In this document: positions 8,601 through 15,696 of the stretch, in pieces
How the letters are laid out: each line of letters opens with the position of its first letter
Numbering within the stretch: position 1 is the stretch's first letter
Source: a bacterium
GTDB lineage: Bacteria > Hinthialibacterota > Hinthialibacteria > Hinthialibacterales > Hinthialibacteraceae
DNA length: 18,754 nt
Direction: 5' to 3'
Assembly: GCA_041946805.1 (NCBI GenBank)
Contig: JBHGBC010000116.1
Location: forward strand, 1 to 18,754
Translations under genes and position numbers: made by a program
The notes under the pieces: model-generated
The model's database searches: none
What the model saw: only the letters and a program-made list of their open reading frames with translations
What the model was told of the DNA's origin: nothing

Positions 8601-8942
8601 GTTTAAGATATCCTCATAGGCCCGCGCGGTTTCCGGTTGTTCGAACACGCTCCGGATCAACGGCACATTGCGCAGGCGCGCGGTGACCGCCAGCAGGGTC
8701 ATGGGGGAGTTGGACGCGGCATCGCCGGCCTTCCGGTAAATAGCGAACTGCTCGACCGGCCGCGGCCCGTCGGTGATATACCAGCGCAGCAGGACCGGCG
8801 CTTTCCCTTCGACGGGCGTTCCCGCCAGGGCCACGAAAAACAAGCGGGGATCGTCCGCCGCGCCAGCTACCCGAGGGGTGATTATTCCAAACAGGAGGGT
8901 GGCCAAGGCCACGCCGCCCCATTTAATCGCATTCCACGTCAT
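5604..8942 (-). CDS. Large secreted multi-fibronectin type III-like domain protein with Thr/Pro-rich segment (~1112 aa)
   Basis: Signal peptide MTWNAIKWGGVALATLLFGIITPRVAGA, with GGAGG 8 nt upstream of the ATG at 8942 (preferred over 8960). Repeated Fn3-type patterns occur: LxW…Y-x-(I/V)-Y-R…F-x-D…Y-x-V-x-A (VFLRWD/FGYNVYRG/FTYWVAARD; VLLTWA/YYIYRF/FWYCVAALDAAGNRS). Confidence 0.8.
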   Translation of the reverse strand: MTWNAIKWGGVALATLLFGIITPRVAGAADDPRLFFVALAGTPVEGKAPVLLRWYITDGPRPVEQFAIYRKAGDAASNSPMTLLAVTARLRNVPLIRSVFEQPETARAYEDILNSLSYMLDEPVNSETYAEQLLGILDGGDSCGTCAMRRNLLVQTNFGVAIVEGLGYLDLAVPGIYTYELRTSTGNGPDSLVLGRVTIDASKPTRLPPPLKPEVVDIPGERGHLKVFLRWDNSAALDQQKKIMFGYNVYRGDRDLTGENFDSLLAQGRLKKINRLPIVPLTAQAKGATPDEDYMFVDDNRSLEKTGPVGEPFNGGDQFTYWVAARDLLDQNGTPSPPVAATVQDKHAPETPRDLHTEAVEDNGIQRVLLTWARNTDDTAQYYIYRFQEYEHIGKADPFPPVDGMPEGYIAQVPQPGGGDPVFTDPAVKLPEQENQAFWYCVAALDAAGNRSALSPPVRGVIFDTTPPPPPPMPEICTYAFHCDLRNFQLSDTAGGDFRNRNVNFYVNRGSRRITKIRLERLEVWTQPSGEIIRSFQSAPAQSTFATPTPFYEYEATPTPTDTPYIVEYATPTPEYSTEATETPTPTDTPTIESVATDTPTPTDTPTPAATATLTPADTPTPEAGATPTPVPTDTPTPEAAEQRRYVPVAEAEFPADEDYVNLTDTIVLMPENPSFISYRVIAVLDDGQDCGFFDMPEEYLGLVNQTTDDLYFTVAISGEVGEFCYPGGIRDHWPVDEEGVNHPLRFNFPRSDDTAGIILYRSPDCENFVMVAQERFEGKASLSIVDDFRPAPGGRICYAARAFDENNNQSSLYYFPFEVRIPAQDAGKIVPAMQSAEPVGDAGLPKVSLSWFGPSVGVSGFRIHFGTGELLTGNEGKVSLSPNEYRFDHRNNIYQAILDITDDARGEKVAINRTYVIRAEAVMQNGERRMANNTVTFDWAASPRMDTHPAWPIRGLPPANPTLEALWLANPEPGGVLPFTYGVGIPIGTFSLVDLKLTITPQIQFPFIVYRRRIDVPGTYRQISPTLIKINITQNNFIQDPFFTFLTDQPNAKVTRPTAVINRISGKILFLDTVHLVRHAKYEYKILRTDPMTGEIVEEIGPSNPVEVMEP
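7014..7320 (-). repeat. Intragenic low-complexity Thr-Pro repeat (TPTPTDTP-type units)
   Basis: Translation reads ATPTPFYEYEATPTPTDTPYIVEYATPTPEYSTEATETPTPTDTPT…PTDTPTPEA. GTGGGCGT/GTGGGGGT/GTGGGAGT units recur on the + strand. Confidence 0.9.
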
Positions 8943-11900
8943 AGTCGGTCCTCCAGTCATTCTTGTACATCAGATCAAAGGAAGCGACACAGGCCATGCA
9001 CCAGCCGTCGTCCAGCACGTCGGCCGGGGTGTTCCAGTCCTCTTCCTCGCAGAAGCCGATCCCGCCCGCGATCCAGGCGTCCCCCCGGAAGACGAAATCG
9101 GAGCCATCGTACGCGCCCAGCAGCGTCAGCCGCCCCTTGGCGCTGACCACGCAGGCCGCCTCGCCGAATATCCCCGCGTAGATCTTGCCGCCCAGCACGG
9201 GGCCGTCCGCGAACACCCAGAAGGCGAGGCCGCCCTCCGCCCCCACGGTCAGCAGGCACCCGTAATTCACGATCGGGAACGAGCCCTCGGCGCTGGCGAA
9301 AATCCCCCGGAAGCGGCCGGGTTTGAGCATGGCGGGGGCGTCCTTGTTCACGTCGATCAAGGGATCCAGGCAGTAGGTCTCGCCCAGGAAGATTCCCCCT
9401 TTGAGGTTGCCCTTGCTGAAACCGATGTTGGAAACAAAGGCGACCAAGTAGTTTTCATCGCTGCCGATGGAGACCCGGAATCCGGGATCCTTGATGGGCA
9501 ACTTGCCCACGTTGAGCCCTCCCCGGACAATAAACGAGCCGCCGACGTTGATCAGCTTGCCATTGTTGATCATGAACTGGAATTCGATGTCCGCCTTGAG
9601 GCTGGCGCCGGCGAGGCCGAGGGGGACATCCTTCGCGCCGAGCCGGGTATCCATCACCGGCCCGCTGCCGATCGGCGCGCTGCAGTTCTTGCCCTTGTAG
9701 CCCACCTGGTAGCGGGTCATGTCCAGGTACGCGTTAAAGGTGATGTCATCGGGCGTGCTGATGGAAAACGATCCATCGATGTGCAGTTTTTCCAATACAT
9801 TTCCCGCGACGATGGCGTAGCCTTTCATCGAGGCGCCCTTGAAGCCCTTCACGTTCTTGAAATCCCCCAAGGCCCCTTCCAGTTGGCCGATCTGTTGCTT
9901 GACGAAGTCCTCCACCGTCCGGTTCAAGCCGTCCAGGAGTTTTTGGGCCTGGTCGCGCAGCAGGTCCTGCACCGGCAACAGCTGGGTGTTCACGCTGATG
10001 GTCAGTTTTTGGAATTGGGGCGAATTGAAGACCTGGTCGAGAATCCGCTGGGTGATCTCCCGCGAGACCATGACATTCAACGACTGGAAGTCGGTTTGCG
10101 CGGCGGCCAGCAGTTTCGCCTTGACCGCCTGCTTGATTTGCGGGACCAGTTGGTTCTTCACCTCGTTGAGGGGAAACACCTGGTCCAGCAGCAGGGCGGG
10201 ATCCAACAGTTGTTCGGCCTTCTCCAAGGCCGGCCGGACCTTGGTTTGGATCACGGCCAGGATTTCCTGGCGCACCTTCTCCACCGGGGCCAGGAGTTGG
10301 TTGATATCCACCCCGAACGACTGCGCGCTACGGACCGTATGGTTGACGATGGCCCGCAGCAGGGGGCTCAATTGGTCCGTCGAGAAATTCATGGCGGTCT
10401 CGATGTCGCTCAAGAAATCCAGCATGCGCCGGATGACCTGCGTGGCGGGCATGTCCCGCTGGGTCAACAGGGCCGCCAGGTCGAGCTGGCTCATCATCTG
10501 GTCCAGCAGTTGGTCGAACGCGGCGTTGGCCTGCAGCAGGTAATTCTGATATTCGACGGACGATTGCGGCAATCCGGCCAGCTGGGATTGCAGTTGTTGC
10601 GTGAATCCGGCCACGATGGGTTCCAGCAAGGCGGCCAGGGCGGGGCGAACGGCCACGGACAGGTCCACCCGCAGGCCGTTGGCCACCTCATCCAGTTTGT
10701 CCCGTACCGGTCCCAGGAAGGAATTGGCGATGTCATCCGAAAACTGATTGAATTTGCTGGAGAGATTCAATTTCGGCTGGGTGTTGACCTCCACCCCGAA
10801 GGTGATTTCCGTCCGGACCGTGTTGAGATACTCGACCGCCGAGACCAGGTCGAGCACGATGAGATCCTCCTGGATGGGCGTCTGGGTGCGGAATTCCTTG
10901 TCCGTGGGGATGTATTTCAGTTTGTATTTCAAGGTGATCAGGTTCGCGAATTTCGTGCGGACCTCGATGGGGCTGGCGTCGGCATACGCGGCGATTTTCT
11001 CCGCCGCCGTGGGCCCCGCGGGCGCCTGGCCATCCGGAAAGCCGTCCGCGTCGGCGTCGGGATTGCCGGCTCCGAACCAGGGCGAGCCATCCGCCAGATT
11101 GCCCACGAAACCGTTCACGAGGGCGTGAATCTTGGGGGGATCGAAGAGCGACACGGTCATGTCCCCGAGCAGGTTGTAAAAGCCGTTGGGCACCGTGGGA
11201 TTGCCATCAAACGCGGACAGGTAGATTTTCTGGATCGAGGCGGGATATCCGTCATACTGAGTCAGCAAAGGTTGTTCGATCCGCGAGTTGGCGATCGTGC
11301 CGCAGGGGCGGAGGTTGATCTGCATGGCGGCTTCGTCCGTAACGTGTTCGATGGGATTCTTCGTGGAAATCCACAGCGTGCGGTCCCCGTCGGGCGAGGC
11401 GGGCGTCCGCTTCTCGAAGGCCAGGGTCAGCAGGCGGATTTTGGCCACCCAATAGGCCAGCAGTTTTTCTTCATTTTGCGCGTTGGCGGGAATCTTACCC
11501 TGGTCGAGGTTACCGCAGGCGTTAAGCGTCATTTTTTCGAAGGGGACGGTGATCAGCGCGGGCCAGGGGATATCGATGATCCCTTCGGTGGAGGAATCCA
11601 AGCCCTTGGAGTTGTTGTCGAGATACGCCTGCCCGAACGAGGTCAGTTGCACCGCGTAGCCCTTGCCGCCGCAATCCGGGTCCTTATACAGATCCAGGCT
11701 GTCGTTCTGGCTTTGCGCGTCCACGACTCCCGAATAGCCGCCCGGGCGCAGGTACAACTTGGTCCATTCCGTGCTGACCATGGTTTTCGTTTGCGAGTCG
11801 ATCGCGACAGTGAAGAACTGGCCGTTGAACTCGCTGGGAAACAGGTTGATCCCCGCGAACAAGCTGCTGCCGTCGCGAAACGGCCCGTCGCCATACGAAT

Positions 11901-13557
11901 ACAGGTCGGCACTCACCCGCGCGCGCATGGCTTGCAAATATTCCGCCACGTTTTGGCCTTGGCCGGCCGCCGCGGCCGCGGGCAGATGAAAGCCGGGCTG
12001 GTACCAGGCCGCGTTGGCGGTGGGCGCAAATTGGTATGTGTTGAACGCGGGCGCCAGCGGGGCGGTCAGGGGGCTGTCGTTCACCACCGCTCCGTCCGGC
12101 CCGATTCCGGAGGGGCCTTGAAACGCCACCGCCACCGGCCCCGGTTCTTCCGCCGTGCACCCGCTGGCATCGAGGGGCATGCTGATCTGCAGGGATTCAA
12201 AACCGGATTCCGTGGATACGATGCGGTTTTCACGGATCTGGATTTTCAGATTGACCCCCGTCACCTGGGCGAGAGGAAACGAAGCCAGATATGCCACGTT
12301 CGCGGCTTGTAGATCGCAACTCAGACCGGCGGGTTGGATCACGGCGCCGCCTTGAAACGCGAGACCGCTGTTGAAATACGCGTCATTGGATGGACGGATG
12401 ATGCCCGCCAGGATAGGACCTTCCACAATCGGAAACGCGGCGAGATGCGGCGCGTATTGATAGACGCACAGGGATTGATTCAGTTGAAGGCCCGTGGCGG
12501 GATCGAATGTCACCCCGGTGCTCTCGATGGAAAAAGGCAGGTCTTCGCCGATCCATTGCAACGGCCGGGCCAGGGTAAGCGGGAGATTTTCGATTTGCAG
12601 ATTCTGATCCAACTTTTGATTGCCCAGGGACAAGGGCGCTTCCGAATAGGTCAGTTCCAAACCGGATTTGCGGTAGGCGATGCCCGGAGGCAAAGGGAGG
12701 GATAAATCCGCGAACGCGCCGGCGGGCGTGAGCGTCCCGTTCAGGTAGAAATACGAGAATCCGTCCGGGCCGGGCTGATAGGGCGTTTGCGGGGTTACGA
12801 ACGCCGCCGAGCCGGCCGTGACCGTCAGATCGAGGGTCACGTCGTCCCGGGTGGCGGTTATTCCCACGAATGAAAAGGGGATGTCGGTGTTCCAGATGGC
12901 CGAACCCGAAAAAAACAGGGCGTTGGCGTCGAAGGAGTCGATTGCGGTCAACTGGGTGGTGATATTGCCAAAGATAACCTTGCCGGAGAGTTGCAGAATG
13001 CGGGTGAGGATGGACTCGTTGGTGTTGTTGGATAAGTCGGCTTCCACTGGAACCTGCCCGTTGGGGAATTGGTTCGGGTCGGAGGCGTCGATTTCCATCC
13101 GGACGCGCATGAGGTAGTAATCCAGGGGCAGCGGCTGGTTGTCCGGAAGGGGGTATTGGTATTGTCCTGCATAATGGAAGGCAGGCGGGTTGTCGTTGGG
13201 TAAGATTCTCGATTCCTGCCACGAGATAACCAGTTCATTGATCGAATTGTATAGTTCGAAATAAACGATTACGGGAAGCTGATTCACGGGAACATCATTA
13301 CCATAAATGAAGAAGGTCCCTTCCAGGATATTCTCGGTTGGCATGCCCGGAATCACGGCCTGGGTGTCCAAAGTAACGCTTCCCACTCCCAAATCCCAGG
13401 GCCGGGCTTCTTGCAGCGGCCGGAGAAAATCGGAAACCGGTTTGGAAATGGCGGGCTGTGCAGTGACAGGACAAAACCAAAGAACCGCCAAGGGAACACA
13501 ACCGGATAACCAACGGGGAAATCCTCCACGGAACCGTCCAGGAAAACGCCACGCCAT
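8923..13557 (-). CDS. Very large secreted hypothetical protein (1544 aa): CARDB-like N-domain, beta-rich core, amphipathic helical block, Cys-rich beta C-terminus
   Basis: Uninterrupted 4635-nt ORF with RBS GAGGGAG upstream and a signal peptide ending …LAVLWFCPVTA-Q. It has a CARDB-like DL-x-V…E-x-D-x-SNN signature and a DADADGFPDG motif. The stop overlaps the start of the next gene. Confidence 0.8.
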   Translation of the reverse strand: MAWRFPGRFRGGFPRWLSGCVPLAVLWFCPVTAQPAISKPVSDFLRPLQEARPWDLGVGSVTLDTQAVIPGMPTENILEGTFFIYGNDVPVNQLPVIVYFELYNSINELVISWQESRILPNDNPPAFHYAGQYQYPLPDNQPLPLDYYLMRVRMEIDASDPNQFPNGQVPVEADLSNNTNESILTRILQLSGKVIFGNITTQLTAIDSFDANALFFSGSAIWNTDIPFSFVGITATRDDVTLDLTVTAGSAAFVTPQTPYQPGPDGFSYFYLNGTLTPAGAFADLSLPLPPGIAYRKSGLELTYSEAPLSLGNQKLDQNLQIENLPLTLARPLQWIGEDLPFSIESTGVTFDPATGLQLNQSLCVYQYAPHLAAFPIVEGPILAGIIRPSNDAYFNSGLAFQGGAVIQPAGLSCDLQAANVAYLASFPLAQVTGVNLKIQIRENRIVSTESGFESLQISMPLDASGCTAEEPGPVAVAFQGPSGIGPDGAVVNDSPLTAPLAPAFNTYQFAPTANAAWYQPGFHLPAAAAAGQGQNVAEYLQAMRARVSADLYSYGDGPFRDGSSLFAGINLFPSEFNGQFFTVAIDSQTKTMVSTEWTKLYLRPGGYSGVVDAQSQNDSLDLYKDPDCGGKGYAVQLTSFGQAYLDNNSKGLDSSTEGIIDIPWPALITVPFEKMTLNACGNLDQGKIPANAQNEEKLLAYWVAKIRLLTLAFEKRTPASPDGDRTLWISTKNPIEHVTDEAAMQINLRPCGTIANSRIEQPLLTQYDGYPASIQKIYLSAFDGNPTVPNGFYNLLGDMTVSLFDPPKIHALVNGFVGNLADGSPWFGAGNPDADADGFPDGQAPAGPTAAEKIAAYADASPIEVRTKFANLITLKYKLKYIPTDKEFRTQTPIQEDLIVLDLVSAVEYLNTVRTEITFGVEVNTQPKLNLSSKFNQFSDDIANSFLGPVRDKLDEVANGLRVDLSVAVRPALAALLEPIVAGFTQQLQSQLAGLPQSSVEYQNYLLQANAAFDQLLDQMMSQLDLAALLTQRDMPATQVIRRMLDFLSDIETAMNFSTDQLSPLLRAIVNHTVRSAQSFGVDINQLLAPVEKVRQEILAVIQTKVRPALEKAEQLLDPALLLDQVFPLNEVKNQLVPQIKQAVKAKLLAAAQTDFQSLNVMVSREITQRILDQVFNSPQFQKLTISVNTQLLPVQDLLRDQAQKLLDGLNRTVEDFVKQQIGQLEGALGDFKNVKGFKGASMKGYAIVAGNVLEKLHIDGSFSISTPDDITFNAYLDMTRYQVGYKGKNCSAPIGSGPVMDTRLGAKDVPLGLAGASLKADIEFQFMINNGKLINVGGSFIVRGGLNVGKLPIKDPGFRVSIGSDENYLVAFVSNIGFSKGNLKGGIFLGETYCLDPLIDVNKDAPAMLKPGRFRGIFASAEGSFPIVNYGCLLTVGAEGGLAFWVFADGPVLGGKIYAGIFGEAACVVSAKGRLTLLGAYDGSDFVFRGDAWIAGGIGFCEEEDWNTPADVLDDGWCMACVASFDLMYKNDWRTDYDVECD

Positions 13558-14145
13558 GGTTTACTTCTCCCTCGTGATTTGCGAACCGGCGGCTTTGCTT
13601 CCGCCGCCCGGCCGCCGCGGGGCCGGCGTAGGCGGTATCATGGAATCAACCGCGGGATAAGCGTTCACGAGACTACCCGGCGAAGAAGCGATTCACCTGA
13701 ACGAACAGTAGTGGGAATGCGTGATGACCATATTATGGAAGCGGATGCGGGAATTCCCAGGCAAGGTCAGTCAAGATCCATAATAAGGATACGGAGTCCG
13801 TACGAACGCCGATCATGGGGTGATTATTCTCAAAATCCAAAGCCAGCCGATCCGCGAAACCGCTGATTTCATCTAGGGGATGAATAGACTGCTATATAAG
13901 TGACATTGTATAACGCCTTGTCCGCGGTCTATTCTCCCTTTCCCCGGCTGCCTGAATTTGTTGCCGGATACCGTGTCCCGATTCCAGGCCAGGGATTTTT
14001 CAAATATGGCCGCGGGAGCGAACGGACGCCTTATCAAACCTGAAATTCCAAGGATACAATAAATCCCTTCTCCGGTCCCGCCGGGAGAGGGCAAGGCCTC
14101 CGGAGGCTCCGGTTCCGGGCGGTATGTCAGACAACAGGAATATCC

Positions 14146-15483
14146 ATGATGATAGAATCGCGCAAGCCCGGGCACGGGGTGTACCGCTGGATCGTGTTTT
14201 TGCTGCTGGCCGCGGGATACGTGCTGGTCAACTTCCACCGCCTGTGTCCCGCGGTCGTGGCGTTGGACTTGATGCGCGATCTCCAGGCGGGCGGCAGCCT
14301 GGTGGGCATCCTGGCGTCGGCGTATTTTTATCCTTACGCGTTCATGCAGATCCCCTCCGGCCTGCTCGCCGATTCGTGGGGGCCGCGCAAGACCATCACG
14401 AGTTTTTTCCTCCTGGCGGGGATAGCCTCGATCGGCTTCGGCCTGGCCCCCACGGCCGGCGCGGCCATCGGCGCACGGGTGTTGGTCGGCATCGGCGTTT
14501 CCATGTACTTCGTGCCGGTGATGAAGATCCTGACCCGCTGGTTCACGGTTGCCGAATTTTCGTTCATGACCGGCTGGATGATCGCCGCTGGCGGCCTGGG
14601 AGCATTGACCGCCGCCACGCCGTTGGCCTGCCTCAGCGCGGCTTTCGGCTGGCGCGGCTGCTTCATCCTGATCGGCGCGGTGACGCTCGCCACGGCGGGG
14701 GCCATCTGGATCCTGGTGCGCAACCATCCAGCGGAACTGGGATACTCCGCCCCAACCGCCACATCACTCCCCCCCGGCCAACCGGAAGTGGACATGGGCC
14801 TCTGGCGCGCGATTCACTCGGTGGCGACCTCGTTCCGTTTTTGGCCGCTGGCGCTGTGGTATTTTTTCAATTTCGGGATTTTTTATAGCTTCGGCGGCCT
14901 GTGGGGCGGTCCGTTTTTGATGGAAATCCACCAATTGAGCAAACCACGCGCGGGGGCGATCCTGAGCATGATGGCGCTGGGAATGATGATCGGCAGCCCC
15001 ATCTGCGGCTACCTGTCCGATCACGTCCTGCGGTCGCGGAAGAAAGTCTTGGTCCTGGCCGCGTTTTGCACATTCCTGTTATCCCTGGCGTTGTGGTATC
15101 TCGGCGGCCGGTTTACGGTGTTCTGGTTGTATATGTGGTGTTTTCTCCTGGGATTATTCAGCTGTTCGGCCGCCGTGGTGGGTTTTGCCGCCGTGAAAGA
15201 ATCGTTCCCCGTCCGGATTACGGGAACCGCCATGGGCCTGGTCAATGTGTTTCCTTTTCTGGGGGGCGCGCTGATGCAGCCCGCCGTGGGATTGATACTC
15301 GATTGGTATGGCAAAAATCCGGCGGGTTACCCGCTCGCGGCCTATCGCAGCGCCTTTGGGCTCTATCTGTTGAGCGCCCTGTTCGCCCTGGTGAGCACTT
15401 GTTTCGTACACGAGACTTTTCCTGCAGCCCCCGCAAAAAGCCAGGAGACAGGCGCCAAGGATCAAGGTTCAACCGGATCGTAA
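14146..15483 (+). CDS. Major facilitator superfamily transporter (about 12 TM)
   Basis: 445 aa with hydrophobic helices in two halves. MFS motif A variants are GLLADSWGPRK and GYLSDHVLRSRK, and KESFP…GTAMG lies near TM10-11. Substrate unknown. Confidence 0.92.
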   Translation: MMIESRKPGHGVYRWIVFLLLAAGYVLVNFHRLCPAVVALDLMRDLQAGGSLVGILASAYFYPYAFMQIPSGLLADSWGPRKTITSFFLLAGIASIGFGLAPTAGAAIGARVLVGIGVSMYFVPVMKILTRWFTVAEFSFMTGWMIAAGGLGALTAATPLACLSAAFGWRGCFILIGAVTLATAGAIWILVRNHPAELGYSAPTATSLPPGQPEVDMGLWRAIHSVATSFRFWPLALWYFFNFGIFYSFGGLWGGPFLMEIHQLSKPRAGAILSMMALGMMIGSPICGYLSDHVLRSRKKVLVLAAFCTFLLSLALWYLGGRFTVFWLYMWCFLLGLFSCSAAVVGFAAVKESFPVRITGTAMGLVNVFPFLGGALMQPAVGLILDWYGKNPAGYPLAAYRSAFGLYLLSALFALVSTCFVHETFPAAPAKSQETGAKDQGSTGS

Positions 15484-15556
15484 GAACGCCTCGGGGCCAC
15501 AGCGATTCCCGGGACATCCGCTTCCCGTGTGACCGTCTAGGACCATCTCTGCAAAA

Positions 15557-15580
15557 ATCCCTCTCCCGGGGGAGAGGGAT
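15557..15580. repeat. REP-like family A hairpin between convergent MFS gene and serC
   Basis: atccctctccc-gg-gggagagggat is a perfect inverted repeat. Confidence 0.8.
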
Positions 15581-15696
15581 ACACACGATCCGAGGGACCG
15601 CGTTTCGCCTTCAGCCTATCCTGCATGTTCAGATTTACACGTCCGATCCAAGCTACGCTTCAACCGGCAAGTGTCCACAGGGTGGGAAAAATTCCC

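Noticed and set aside
8505..9000. CxxC motifs as c-type cytochrome heme sites
   Set aside because: Neither CGTC nor CMAC is followed by His.
8773..12312. 1179-aa ORF on the + strand
   Set aside because: It lies antisense to the 1544-aa gene (and the start of the Fn3-like gene), with Gly/Arg/His/Gln-rich shadow composition and no motifs. This is typical of GC-rich codon bias.
13725..13775. sigma70 promoter for the giant operon (TTGCCT…CATAAT on the - strand)
   Set aside because: The spacer is 21 nt, too long for a canonical promoter.
13579..13866. 95-aa ORF in the divergent intergenic region
   Set aside because: TTG start, no RBS, Arg-rich composition and no recognisable motifs.
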